Below the pieces are notes generated by a model, which did not search any database, was not told where the DNA came from, and saw only the letters and a program-made list of their open reading frames with translations. Positions 43,590-57,434 of a DNA stretch of 64,000 nt are shown here, one piece after another. The first letter of the stretch is position 1, and every line of letters starts with the position of its first letter. Origin of the DNA: the human T2T-CHM13v2.0 reference genome, Homo sapiens. Where the stretch lies: NCBI RefSeq assembly GCF_009914755.1, contig NC_060947.1; one strand, 5' to 3'. The position numbers were made by a program, and so were the translations under genes.

Positions 43590-46351
43590 ATAGTGGAGGA
43601 GTCTGAGGTTTTAGTGCACACATCACCTGAGCAGTGTTCATTGTACCCAATATGAAGTTTTTCATTCCCTACCTCCCTCCTGCCCAACGCTTTCTGAGTC
43701 TCCAAAGTCCATCACACCATCTGTATGCCTTCATATAGCTATAGCTTAGCTCCTACTTACAACTGAGGACATACAGTATTAGGTGTTTCATTCCTGAGTT
43801 ACTTCACTTAGAATAATGACCTCTAGCTCCATCCAACTTGCTACAAAAGACATTACTTCATTCTTTTTTTTATGGCTGAGTTGTATTCATATATATATAT
43901 ATATCACATTTTCTTTATCATTGGCTGATGGGCACTTACATTGGCTCCATATCTTTGCAATTGTGAATTGTTCTGTGATAATCATATGCATACAGGTATC
44001 TTTTTATATAATGACTTCTTTTCTTTTGGGTGGATACCCAGAAGTGGGATTACTGGATCTAATAGTAGATCTACTTTTAGTCCTTTAAGAAATCTCCATA
44101 CTGTTTTCCACAGAGGTTGTACTAATCTACATTCCACCAGCAGTGTAAAACTATTTCCTTTTCACCACATCCATGCCAACATCTATTGCTTTTTGACTTT
44201 TTAATAATGGCCATTCTGGCTGGGATAATGTCGTATTTCATTGTGGTTTTACTTTACACTACTCTGATGATTAGTGATGTTGAGCATTTTTATATGTTTG
44301 TTGGACATTTGTGTTTGTATATCTTCTTTTGAGAAATGTTTATGTCATTTGCCTAATTTTTGACAGATTTTTTGTTTTTTTCATTCTAATTTTGTTGAGT
44401 TCCTTTTAGATTCTAGATATTAGTCCTTTGTTGGATACATACTTTGCAAATATTTTCTCCCATTTTGTGGGTTGTCTGTTTGCTCTGTTGATTATTTCTT
44501 TTGCTGTGTGGAAGCTTTTCAGTTTAATTATTTTAATTTTGTGGCTTTTGTTTTTGGACTCTAAGTCGTAAATTCTATACCTAAACCAATGTCCACAGGG
44601 TTTTTCCTAGGGTTTCTTCTAGAATTTGTACGGTTTTAGGTTTTAGATTTAAGTCTTTGATCTATCTTGAGTTGATTTTTGCATATGGTGTGAGATACAG
44701 ATCCAATTTCACTCTTCAACCTGTGACTATCCAGTTTTACAAACACCATTTATTGAATATCGTGTCCTCTCTCCAGTTTATGATTTTGTATGATTTCTCA
44801 AAGATCAGTTGATTGTAAATATTTAATTTAATTTTGGGGCTCTCTATTCTGTTTTACGGGTCTACTTTTATACCATTTCCATGGTGTTTTGGTAACTATT
44901 GTGTTGTAGTATAATTTGAAGTCTGGTAGTGTGATGCCTCCAGATTTGTCCTATTTGTTTAGAATTGCTTTGGTGATTGTTTCTTCTAATTCTGTGAAAA
45001 ATGTTATTGGTATTTTGATATGAATTACATTAAATCTGTAGATTGCTTTGAAAAGTATGATGATTTTCGAGATATTGATTCTTCCAATCCATGAGCATGG
45101 GATGAATTTCCATTTGTTTGTGTCATCTATGTTTTTTTTAAAAGTTTCGTAGTTCTCCTTGTAGAGATTTTTCAACTACTTGATTAAGCATATTTGTAAG
45201 TATTTTTTGCAGCTGTTGTAAAAGGGATTGAGTCCTTGATTTTATTCTCAGCTTGATCGTTGTTGATGTATAACAGTGTTACTGATTTGTGTACATTTAC
45301 TTTTTAACCTGAGACTTTACTAAATTCATTTATCAAATCTCGGAGTCTTTTGGAGGAGTCTTTGGGGGTTTTAAGGTGGACAATCATATCTTCAGTGAAC
45401 AGAGATAGTTTGACTTCCTTTTTCAACTTGGGTTTCCTTTATTTTTTTCTTACCTCATTGCTCTGATTAGGACTCTGGTTACAATGTTGAATAGAGGTGG
45501 TGAATGTGGGCATTCTTGTCTTATTCCAGTTCTCAGAGGGATGCTTTTAACTTCTCCTTATTCAGTATGATGTTGGCTGTGAATTTGTCATATATTGTAT
45601 TTTTAATTTTGAGGCATGTTCCTTATATCCCTAGTTTGTTTAGAATTGTTATCATAAAGGGATGCTGAATTTTAACAGGTCCTTTTTCTGCATCTATTGA
45701 GCTGATCATATGGTTTTAGTATTTAATTCTGTTTCTGTGATGTTTCACATTTATTGGCTTGTATACATTAAACCATCCCTCCATCCCAGGGAGAAAACCC
45801 ATTTGATAATGGTAAATTACTCTTTTCATGTGCTGTTTGATTCAGTTTGTTAGTATTTTGTTGAGGAATTTTGCATCTATGTTCATCAGGGATATTGGTC
45901 TGCAATTTTTTTTTATTATGTCCTTTTCAGGTTTGGTATCAGGGTGATAGTGGCTTCACATAATGAGTTAAGAGGAAGGATTCCCTGTTTGTCAGTCTTT
46001 TGAAAAACTTTCAGTAGGAATGATACCAATTCTTCACTGACTGTCATATAGAATTCAGCTGTGACTCCATCTGGCCCTGGGCTTTTTGTGTTGGTATTTT
46101 CTTTTTTATTACTGATTCAATATCACTGCTTGTTACTAATAACAAGCAGTGTTACTTCTATTACTTTCCGATTCAAGCTAGGAGGGTTGCATGTTTCCAG
46201 AAGTTTATCCATTTCCTCTGGATTTTCTAGTTTGTGTGCATAGATATATTCATAGCAGTCTCAAATAATCTTTTGTATGTCAGTGGTGTCAGCTGTAATG
46301 TCTCCAGTTTCATTTATAATTGAGCTTATTTGAATCCTCTCTCTACTTTTC
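43590..46351 (-). mobile_element. L1PB (L1PB1-like), ~2.75 kb of 3'UTR plus ORF2
   Basis: ORF 44951-45175 ([32 protein letters not shown]) is ORF2p-like; 3'UTR ttctgagtctccaaagtccat. Confidence 0.93.
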
Positions 46352-46495
46352 TATGTATATGATAGTGTATATATATATATATATGTGCTAGTACATAAAC
46401 ATATGCTAGTGTGTGTATATATAAATGCTAGTTTATCTATCTATGCACTATGATATATAGGTGTATCTGTATAGATATATGTTAGTGTGTGTATT
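46352..46495. repeat. TA/TG-rich low-complexity tract
   Basis: Read directly. Confidence 0.75.
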
Positions 46496-46567
46496 TATTT
46501 TCCTGATGAAATCTTTATTAGCTGACTTTATCTCTTATAATGCTTCCTTGTCTTAAGACACTTACAG

Positions 46568-47198
46568 TGAAGCGGTGTCATCTGAGGTAAATACCTGAGG
46601 TTCGTTGTCTCATGCCAGGGAAATCGAGGACATGGACACACAAGAAGTGAGTTTAAGAGCAGAGATTTAAAAGGCAAAAGAAAGAGAATAGCTCTCTCTT
46701 CTGCAGAGAGAGGCTTCTGAGTGGGTCTTCTGGTTTTGTGGTGAAGTGCACGGGGTTTTATAGATGAGCTTGAGGAGGTGGTGTATGATTTACATAGGGC
46801 CCGAGAGACTGGTTGGACCAGATGTGCTGTTTGCATAGCATGCAAAGAAGCTGGCCATCTCACCCTAATCTTTTATTATGCAGATAGGGTCTCTATCTGG
46901 CCGGCGCCATGTTGCCTGCCTTTTTACTGCACACGTGGTGACAAACAAAAGGGAACAGGGAACCTCCATGTTGAACATGCCTGGCCCCCAGGTAGCCTTT
47001 TCCTATTGGCACAGCTGCTGGCATTTACCTACGCAAGATTCCAGCTTGCTTATTTATGTCTGCAGCTTGATTTTACAGGCTTCTCTTTCCTAGAAAAGAA
47101 ATGATTTGGGGGTTGTTTTTTGTTAAAAGGGACACCTTACTGAGGACTCTCTTAACCTCATTATCTGCCTAAATAATTTCTTTCCAGCTCTTGTATCA
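46568..47198 (-). mobile_element. LTR9-family (LTR9B-like, ERV1) solo LTR
   Basis: The minus strand begins tgatacaagagctggaaagaaattatttaggcag; TG...CA termini; 631 bp. Confidence 0.85.
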
Positions 47199-47635
47199 AC
47201 CATAAGGCCAATTCATGGGCGTGTGTTCTTGATGTTTTTCCTTTCCCTTTTTCTCCCATTCTGTTCAACACCCACATGGCTTTCTTCTTGATTCCCTGAG
47301 GATGAGATAAGTTCTTGTTTTCCTGAACACTAAGGATTTAGCCCTTTTAGGTCCCAGATTCCCCTTTCTGGGCAAGCTCTAACTTTTGACTTTTGTACCC
47401 CTCTTTCTCTCTTTCCCTCATTTTTACTTAAGCCAGATAATCTAATCACCCAAAATGAAGAAAACTCAAAGTCTTTTGGGGATGAGAGAGAAGATGAGGT
47501 TAATTGTTCTTTGTTCTGCTAAGCTCCCTGGATTTTCACTTTAGGGTAAAACTTTGACTTGGAATTTTCCAATAGTTTTGCTTGCTCTTTGACACTTTTA
47601 ACATGGTTTTAATTTCTTATATTCAAAGTTTTGAG

Positions 47636-47661
47636 GTGTGTGTGTGTGTGTGTGTGTGTGT

Positions 47662-47697
<36 letters not shown>
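47636..47697. repeat. Compound (GT)n(GA)n microsatellite
   Basis: Read directly. Confidence 0.95.
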
Positions 47698-47700
<3 letters not shown>

Positions 47701-47764
47701 TATCTAAATAGCTTACCATTTCCAAAAAGCAAAATTTGACAGAAATAGTACTCTAGCATGGAAC

Positions 47765-47940
47765 TGTTGAGGCTCAGAAAATGATACTCAAAAGTATGGT
47801 GCTTTGGCATGCTGAATATTTTAAATTAAAGGAGATTGGAAGGCATCACAATCAACATCTCTCTGACTTTCTCCTGCTACTCTATCTCTTGCCCCTCTTT
47901 CTCCACCAAAGTGAGTCATAGAAACAAGAATTTCTCTTCA
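47765..47940 (+). mobile_element. MER34-family LTR 5' fragment
   Basis: tgttgaggctcagaaaatgatactcaaaagtatggtgctttggcatgctga. Confidence 0.7.
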
Positions 47941-47954
47941 GCAAACAGCAAACA

Positions 47955-49425
47955 GCCAGTGCAGTCCACAGAACAATGAGCTGATTAAATCTATTTTCTT
48001 TATAAATTAACCAGTTTTAGGTGTTTCTTTATAGCACTGTGAGAATGGGTTAATACAGAAAATTGGTACCAGGGAAGTGGGGCATTGCTATAAAGATACC
48101 TCAAAATGTGGAAGCAGCTTTGGAACTGGGTAATGGGCAGAGGTTGGAACAGTTTGGAGGGCTCAGAAGAAGACAGGGAGTTGAGAGAAAGTTTAGAACT
48201 TTCTAGAGATTTGTTGAATGGTTGTAACCAAAATGCTGATCGTAATATGGACAATGAAATACAGGATGAGGTGGTCCCAGATGGAGATGAGGAACTTATT
48301 GGGAACTGGAGTAAAGGTGACTCTTGCTATGCTTTAGCAAAGAGACTGGAGGCATTGTGTCCCTGCTCTAGAGATTTGTGGAACTTTAAACTTGAGAGAG
48401 ATGATTTAGGGTATCTGTTGGAAGAAATTTCTAAGCAGCAAAGCATTCAAGACATGGCCTGGCTTCTTCTAACTGTGTATACTAATATTCACGTTCAAAG
48501 AGATAACCTAAAACTGGAACATATATTTAAAAGGGAAATTGAACACAAAATTCTGGAAAATTTGCAGCCCAGCCATGTGGTAGAAAAGAAAAGCCCATTT
48601 TCTAGGAAGGAATTCAAGCTGGCTGAAGAAATTTCATAAGAAAAGAGGAGCTGAATGTTAATAGCCAAGACAATGGGGAAAATGACTTGAAGGCATTTCA
48701 GGGACCTTCACAGCAGCCCCTCCTGTCACAGGCCCAGAGGCCTAGGAAGGAAGAATAGTTTTGCAGGCCAGGCCTAGGGCCCTGCTGCCCTGTACAATCT
48801 CCAGACACTGCTCTCTGTGTCCCAGCTGCTCAAGCTCCAGACATGACTAAAAAGGCCCCAGATATGTCTCAGGCTGCTGCTTTAGGGGGTGTAAGCCACA
48901 AGCTTTGGTGGCCTCCACATGGTAGTAAGCCTGCATGTGCACAGAGGGAAATAGTTGAGGCTTGGGAGCCTCTGCCTAGATTTCAGAGGATGTATGGAAA
49001 TGCCTGAATGTCTAGGCAGAAGTGTGCTGCAGGCACAGAGCCCTAATGGAGAACCTATACTAGGGCAGTCTGGAGGGGAAATGTGGAATTGGAGCCCCCA
49101 TGGAGAGTTCTCACTGGGACATTGCCTAGAGGAGCTCTGAGAAGAGGGTCATCATCCTCCAGACCCCAGAATGGCAGATCCAGCTGGCACTGTGCACCTA
49201 GAAAAGCCACAGGCACTCAACACCTGGCTGTGAAAGCAGCCATGGAGGCTGCACCCTGCAAAACCATAGGGATGGGGATGCACAAGGCCTTGGGAGCCCA
49301 CCCCTTCCATCTGTGCAGCCTAGATATGAGACATGGAGTCAAAGAAGATTATTTTGGAGCCTTAAGATTTAATGACTTCCCTGCTTGGTTTTGGACTTGC
49401 ATGGGGCCTGTAGCCCCTTTGTTTT
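47955..49425 (+). mobile_element. Partial MSTA/B element: last ~100 bp of the 5' LTR (to 48057) plus internal region; 3' LTR absent
   Basis: gagaatgggttaataca|gaaaattggtacc junction; homologous (inverted) to 19074-20716. Confidence 0.92.
48106..48639 (+). pseudogene. MST-internal MaLR ORF relic (177 codons open)
   Basis: MGRGWNSLEGSEEDR...GNWSKGDSCYALAKRL...LERDDLGYLLEEISKQQSIQ. Confidence 0.85.
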
Positions 49426-50771
49426 ACCTTTTTGTTCCCAAGACTAACCAATTACTGAACGGATGGCTTTGTCTTGATGCCATTAGCCAGGATGATCCTT
49501 ATGCTCAAAGGGACAAGCAACACCAGGTTCATGATTCAAACTGCAAGGTTTTACATGCACTTTTGTTCAGTGTGAGATATACTTAAGGCACCACAAAACA
49601 AAAGTTAGTGTTTGGTTGTCACTTCTTTGATGAGCAAGTCTCCAGAGAACCTTGAAGAAGAACTTGTTAAGAGACTAGGACAAACCAACCCACACCAGGA
49701 CTCGGAGAGAATTCTCAGCAGGTATTAGGCACCAGCCATAAGCTTGAGTTTCTGGTCAGGATACCAGTTTCTAGTAAGGGAAATAGAAAGAGGAGACAGC
49801 TCCAAATTGAAGAGGGGACCTTAGAATCTGTAAGTAATTGTTATAGGAAGGTGGGGACAAAGTTTAAGAAAAAAGCCCATGTCCCAGCAGGACAGTTAAC
49901 TCGATTCTGAACCCTGGTGTATTAAATTTTATTTTCCTCCAGAAGAAGGCAAAATGATTCTACTTTTGTTTTTCTGTCAGCTCTAGCATACATGTCAAAT
50001 GGTGGAAGTGAGAATAGGTAACAAAAATAACAAAAATACCAACCTTACTAGCCACAGTCAACATTGGTTTGTACTCATCATTGTAGAAGAAATAATCTCT
50101 GTGTTTTGTTTGCAAATAAATATATTAGAGTCATAAATTAACTTTTTTGCAAACAGCCTTGAAAGGAGAAATTTAAAATTAAAACACTTTCTTATGAACA
50201 AATAAATCCATGTCTCATATAGTAGATGCATTAGTAAATATTTAGCAATGGCAGACATAGACATTAAGCTAAACATCAAAGGGCTATTTTGTACTTTAAG
50301 ATTTGGTAAGTAAATCCAATTTACTGTAAAAATACTCCAACAGGCAACATTTTCTATAAAAAAGCATGTGCAAGTTCCTTTTTGTAATTATAGTCTTTAG
50401 GTTAAGGATTATATTCTCAGGAAATAAAAATAATAATCTGCAAATAAAAACAATATTACAGGAGGGTTTCTTCCATCTGCAACACATTTGCCTCCAAATC
50501 AATTTTATAATGGCAGAATAAAGAATATGTATAGATTTGTTAAATCAGTACATGGCTAATCCTTTTTGTATCTTGTGCGTTTATGGTAACTGATTTGTAA
50601 ATATTTCTCAGTTTTCTCTATTTACTTTCAATAAAGATTATGAAGAGCCGTGTATCCTGCCTTCACAAAAGCATGTGTGTCAAACACAATGATTTCCCCT
50701 AAAATTATTTCTCTCAATAATGTTGAAATATGTGCCTTATCATTTTATTTTAACTAAAGTGGATCACAATA

Positions 50772-51188
50772 CAGTTACTCTTTGACTTATAGTGGGGTTA
50801 TGTCCCAATATCCATTGTAAATTGAAAATATCATAAGTTGAAAGGTGGATTTTTATACACCTAACTTCCAGAACATGGTAGCTTGGCCCACTCTACCTTA
50901 AACATGCTCAGAACACTTCTGTTATCCTAGAGTTGGGCAAAAACTTGTGGCAACATAGTACAATGTAGAGTAACAGTTGTTTATCCTCCTGATTGTATGT
51001 CTGACTAGGAGCTGTGGCTCATTGCTGCTACCCAGCATTGCAAGAGAGTATCTTATCACATAACACTAGCCAAGAAAATATCAAAATTGAAAATACAACG
51101 TGCAGTTTTTACTGGATGTGTATTAATTTTGCACCAATATAAATTTGAAAAATCTTAAGTCAAAACATCATAAATTGGGCACCGTCTG
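50772..51188 (+). mobile_element. MER47B (Tigger-derived) full-length non-autonomous transposon
   Basis: cagttactctttgacttatagtggggttatgtcc...cataaattgggcaccgtctg; TA on both sides (50770-50771, 51189-51190). Confidence 0.9.
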
Positions 51189-51254
51189 TATTTGGTATGT
51201 AAACATTTGCAATTCCACAGGGATATTATGTATATAGGATATATGTATTTCTAT

Positions 51255-51445
51255 ATATCCAAGGTAATATGCTTAGGTGTTTTAAAAGTATTATTTTATT
51301 TGACCTTCCTTAAAACTTTACAAGCTAGGTGTTCTTATTCCCATTTTACAAATAAAGAATCTGAGGATTAGAATGGAGCTGCATACCTAGCCTGCCCCAG
51401 AGCAGGAATTGGAATCCAGACACTTTGCCTCCAAAGCCCTTCCTC
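51255..51445 (-). mobile_element. MIR SINE
   Basis: cttattcccattttacaaataaagaatctgagg...gagcaggaattggaatccag. Confidence 0.75.
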
Positions 51446-52843
51446 AAAGATGTAGGAGAAGGTGATCTAAAACAGTGCAATGGTAGAGATCACAGTCCAG
51501 TTAGGAAAAGTGCACTCATTACACAGTGTTCCACATGAAGTCCAGGCCTTAGTGGATACTTTTGAAGTCACGTAGCACCGTCACCTATGTGTAAACCACC
51601 AAACTGAACTCAAGTAGACTTTGGAGTTGTTTGGCTAATGTCTGATTTTATAGACACAAATGTTCCTGGTGCTTTCTGTGAGTTGACTTACAAACTGCAG
51701 GGAACTGATGGCATTGTGTCTTTGTGATGGCTGCTTGTTTTTTGCAGAGATAGAGACAGGCCGATGTTTCACAGCAAAAATCCTAGGGTGGTCGGAGGCA
51801 GGGACACTTACACTATAAAATAACTCATTTGCATTAAATAAATCCTTAGCAATTAAGACAACTTGTAAGCATATTTTAATGCCACTGCTCTTTCAAAAAT
51901 AGTGGTGAAGTTTCTTTTTTTTAGAAATAGATAGGTTGCAGACAAATTGTATCCCATTTTTATTGAAATTTGCTATAGTAGCAAAGTAATGTTTGTGTCA
52001 AGATATAATAATATTCTATTTAAGAATGAAACTCATTTTCATTTATTTAAAGGGAAAAACAATAGTTTGGGGATGACATTTAAATAATACTCTAATTTAC
52101 CATATGTCATTATCTTCAGAAATTAGTAGATTACTGTCTGTGCAGAATACAATAGTTCTATTGACTCAAAGAAGAGGAGTACTAAATGATATTTAAAGGT
52201 CCCTTAAAACTAATTTTATGATTATATTTAAAAAATATTGATATATGGGTAACCACAATAGAGTAGGGTAAGGAACACAGAGCTGGGAATCCGAAAATTG
52301 ATATTCTAATTCCATAATTTGTAAAATAACAGGAATCAAGAGTAAGTCATCATCTCATTTGACTAATGTCTCTCATATTGAATATGAGGATGCTGAAGTA
52401 AATCATTTATAAGATGACTTTAAGCTGTAAAATCTACAGCTTTAATGCATTTGAATCTCACTGCATTAAGATGATTTTGGATCACTTTGCTCGAGTTTGC
52501 AGTTTTAAATATCAGATCAATGGTATAAATAAAATATAAAAATAAGCCTTTTTTTTTTACAATTTAATGTATCTATACACCTGTTCTGTGAATATAATTC
52601 GTCTATATTTCCAGAAAAAATATAAGTTAGTCAGTCAGCAGGATATAAAAGATTCATTTATACAAAAAATAAACTTACAGTACATACAGCCTGGGTGTTA
52701 TATTTGAATGATTATGTCAATATTGTGAGAAAAAAAGAAAATATCTGATGTAAATATAAAGTATATCCTTTTGTAATTATAAAGAATATCCTTTTCCTGC
52801 TCTTAAAAGGAAACATCGTAAATGGTTAAGAGTTAGCAATATT

Positions 52844-53144
<301 letters not shown>

Positions 53145-54042
53145 AGTTAGCAATATTATTGAATGTGCAAAGAAGTACTGAACACCTCAACTAGTGCCCT
53201 GAACATACCATTTGATGTCATAACCAAGAGCAAGCAGTTTTAGATACATGAGAAGTCTCACAAATTAGAGTACATGCATTTATCAATGCCAATTTTTATA
53301 ACATTCCCCAATATCTTGCCATCATGAACCACTAACATTTTCAGAGTTTTCCTTGATCATCTTGAGGGCAACCCATGACACCCTGGAATTAACAGCACCA
53401 TTTGAATGAACAACATTATGAAGTGGCCAACAACACTACTTTGCCTCTTTAGGCTAAGTATGACGTCCTTTGAGCATGGTCTCAACATAAGCATTTTTAT
53501 GTCTCACTTAACTCAAGCAGGGATCAAGTAGGATTAGACCCTGACTGTAGAAATAAAAGTTTTAAAATATGTTTTCATGAAATATTTACGGAATCATCTA
53601 ATCTGTTGTTGGCTGGATTAACCAAATTTCCCCCCACACCCCTTCTGCCTGAAATACCCTTATGCTCATTTTGTCTATCTGAAAAATTCCTCTTTACTAT
53701 TCCATGCAAGATCAAATATTGTCTCTTACAGGAAATCTCCCCATACACCCAGATAGAATCAATCATGTCCTTTCCTGTAGTCTCATAGCATGTTGCATAC
53801 AGCTTCTTTAGAGTACTCACAGGCTGCATTAGAGATAATTGTTTATGTTTGTGCTTCTCATTGCTTAGAATTTGGTAGAGGAGTGGTTCATCATGGCATA
53901 TTCCTGGACAATGAAAAAGTGATAAAGAACCACTAAAATAAATTGAAATTGGATTGCTAATAAAATTCAAACATTTCCAAAGCTGTTTGCACAAATTTAT
54001 GGTATGCAAACCAATATAGATTGTACCCCAGAGTAGAGATTT

Positions 54043-54158
54043 AAAAAGAAAGAAGGAAAGGAAGAAATAAAGAAAGGAAAGAGTAAAGGATAGAGAGGGG
54101 TAGGAAGAGAGGAAAGAAGAAAGAAGAGAAGAAAGAAGGAAAGAAGGAAAGAAGGAAG
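54043..54158. repeat. GA-rich low-complexity tract
   Basis: Read directly. Confidence 0.85.
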
Positions 54159-55764
54159 TCCTTTGTCAGTTTTTATTCCTATATTTGGTATCATTCATAT
54201 ATGATTTCGTGGTGTAGCTACATGCCATTTCACCAACCCTGATACAGTAAGCTAGTGATTGCAGTAGTTAATAGGTTATTTTCACTAAGAATACAATTAT
54301 CCTACATGGATATAGTAGCAAAACCTTGCTAAAAAATGCATAAAACCTTTTTGTCCTGATTTTCAATTTGGCAATATATTTCTCAGTTTACTATAAGTTT
54401 TCTGATCTCCAATTTTCCATTTTTCTTTTAATTTTTCAGTTTTATATTGTGGTTTTCTGAAATAGACATCTTAAAAATACATGACGAACTTTTAAATACG
54501 ATAATGATCTAAATCACTCATTCACAGAAAAGGACATAATTTTGTAATACTTGATCTCAGAATTTCAGATTTCAGATTTCAGAGGTATTTTTGATGAGCA
54601 TTCCTTCACAGAAAGTTGAATATTATATGGATTCAATGGAGCATGAGGTTAGTATGGGATTAGATTATGATAATGGGACAAAAAAAAAACAAAGAAAACT
54701 ATAATTTGCAATTTATATATTCTGAACAACTAAAACAATTTATGAAGCTGTAAATATTAATTTGTACAAAACAGACAGACAAATTTTCAAGGTAATCCTG
54801 CCATTAATCTTCCCATGGGAAGTTAGTTCTTTCTGTTTCATTGTCATATGGATCATTTTTTCATCCTGCTGAGTAGCCTGAGTGGTGTCTTCTCCCTGCA
54901 ATGACTTTTAGGTTAACTTTCACATTTTCTGGCTTCATGATATATCTTAGACATATTAAGACAAGGGTCATGTAATATTTTTATCAATATTTCCTCTATT
55001 ATAGATTTATTTCTCTGATAATGCTGATAATGAGGGCTTTGAAAGGCGATCTCATAACTCTTCTGATTATTTTTCTCTAGCTTTTATTCATTTCTTATTG
55101 CATTACATTAATCTTTGATGTAAATATTGCTATGAACATCAAATTACTCTGCTTTGTTTTCCTGAATTGAACTGCTTTCTTCCTGCAAACAAACTCTCAG
55201 ATGTTGGCTTTGTTGCTGAGTATCACTGATATTGAAGCTGACATTCACATAAACTATAATCACTGGCAATATCTACATGATTTAATTTAAACAATGTGTG
55301 GCAATTTCAATATTCCACGGGAAAACAAGCATCTATTAGAGGACAAAGAGGATTGTTCTTACCCAGATAGTAAACATTAATGTTACCACCTTCCATTAGA
55401 ATAAACAATGTTGTGCATTATCTGTTTATGAATAGGTACTAACCTGTTTCACCATATCAGATTTCATTGTTGACATTTGGTTTAAGATTACAGCTGTTGG
55501 CTTCATGGCAGTGTTTCAGAATGCAGATGTGACTAGACTGGCTAAACAATTTGCTCTGGCCTTTCAGGTGCCTGGGTGTGAAGTCAGGGAAGTTTATAGC
55601 AAAGGCCCTTCTAAACAAAGCCTTTGCTGTTTTCCATCTAAATTAAGAACTAAAGTGGAAGCCAAAGCACAACAAATACAGGTCAAGAGGTCAGGGGACC
55701 AGTTCTGCCCTGCTTGCTGCTTCTGATGGACATCATTTCTGATGCTCTGTGGTCACTGAGGTGA

Positions 55765-55975
55765 CAATGGCATGGTTATGGGGCCTGGATAGCATTTTAG
55801 TTGCATGACTCCTGTGACGTTAAATAAGTCACCTGACCTCTTAGGACCTCAAATTCATCATCTGTAAAATATGACCTAAAAGCCCTGCCTTTTAACAAGA
55901 GCGTTGTGAAAATTATATAAAATAATTATGCAAATATTTTGGAAGCAGGAAAATGTTATAAAATACCATTTATTG
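55765..55975 (+). mobile_element. MIR SINE
   Basis: ctgtgacgttaaataagtcacctgacctct...cctcaaattcatcatctgtaaaat. Confidence 0.75.
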
Positions 55976-57434
55976 TCATTCATTCATTCATTCATTCCTC
56001 CACCTATTCAATATCTATTGAGCATCTTCCTTGCATCTTTGGACCTTTTCTTTTGTCTCTTGGGTCGCTGACAATCCACCACTCCCTGTCTAGCCATATC
56101 CACACCTGCCACTCTACACCCCTGTGTCTTAACTTTCCTTGATTTATCCTTCAAGACTCCGGTTAAGTGATACCTTTACTTTCCCTATCCAATGCATGCC
56201 CCTCTCAACAGTTAATTATTCCCTCTTTAGGCTAATATTCTACCAAGTACATAAGCAGGATTTTATGTTTTATTAGAATTGTTCTGGGCCCCTCTTGTTT
56301 TTGAAAGGCTTTGCTCTCAAAGAGTACATGTTCATCTTTGTACTGTTAATGCTGACCAGAGGATGCTGAGAGACTGAGGAGGTATGATGGAGGAACAGTG
56401 TGGAAAGAGGCTGGTAGGTGTGGTCCATATTATTTCAGCTTCAATGTGTATTTTGCAGAGGTGGCAAGGAAGGCTTAAACCTATGCTTTGTATACTGCAG
56501 GATTTATGTCTGTCCAGGCAGTCTAAAGAACTAGTCATGTGAATGAACAAAGTCCTGTTTACAAGAAGGTCTTGAGAAATTTCTCAGAGATAATAGTTTT
56601 TAAAAGATTCCTTAATCAATAAGGCATGTTTAGCCTTAATCTGTTAGCAGAAGAATAATTCTTATTCCAGAGTAGGGTGATATTCAGATGCCTCTAAACA
56701 GCATCCTTTTATGAACTCGTCTCTTAACTCGAGGGGAATAAATGTAAGATATCAAAGAGCTAATTTTAGTAAAACACCTCTTTATGAAATAAAAGCAGAA
56801 TGCAGTGGCACCTTGTTATTTCCCAACTTCCATCCAACATAGGATATAACACAGAAGGGAAGAGAAATTCTCCCTAAGTTCTCAACAGAATAGAGCTTTG
56901 GTACCTCAGGGGTCATGGGACATCAGCAGTGATAGCCAGCAGAAGAAGCCTGGGCTTCAATTATAGCCACAGTATCCAGAAGAAGGAAAAAAAATGCCAA
57001 TCAAAAGTGTCAAGAATCATGTGGCAGCATTGTTCACCTTTCCACAAAGCCTCACCTGAAGACAGGTGAGAACAGGATGATGATTAAGTGGCCCAAGACT
57101 CTGTTCCTAAGCAGTCACTTATTTGCTCTTAGACATCCCCTACACTTTCATTTTCCCCAGCCAATGTCACTCTCCATTTCACATAATCCTCTCATCCCAT
57201 AATTTAGTGACATCTTTTATTCCTTCATACTGTTGTGTAAATTCCTTTTAGCTTGATTCCTCCCTCTGCCAGGAAAACATTATCAGCACCTTTGTGACCC
57301 CCAAGTGCCCATACAATTCTGTCCTCTTTTTGCTAGACCCAATTCAAGTGATTCCTTAGTGATGATCTAGGAGACACTAGGATTGCAGGGGGCTTGTCCT
57401 CCATCCTCTGGGCCAGGGGCTGGGAATGTGGGTT

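Noticed and set aside
54562-54582. (ATTTCAG)x3
   Set aside because: Trivial slippage repeat.
57051-57070. Hairpin ctcacctg-aaga-caggtgag (paired E-boxes)
   Set aside because: An 8-bp stem is at chance level and has no supporting context.
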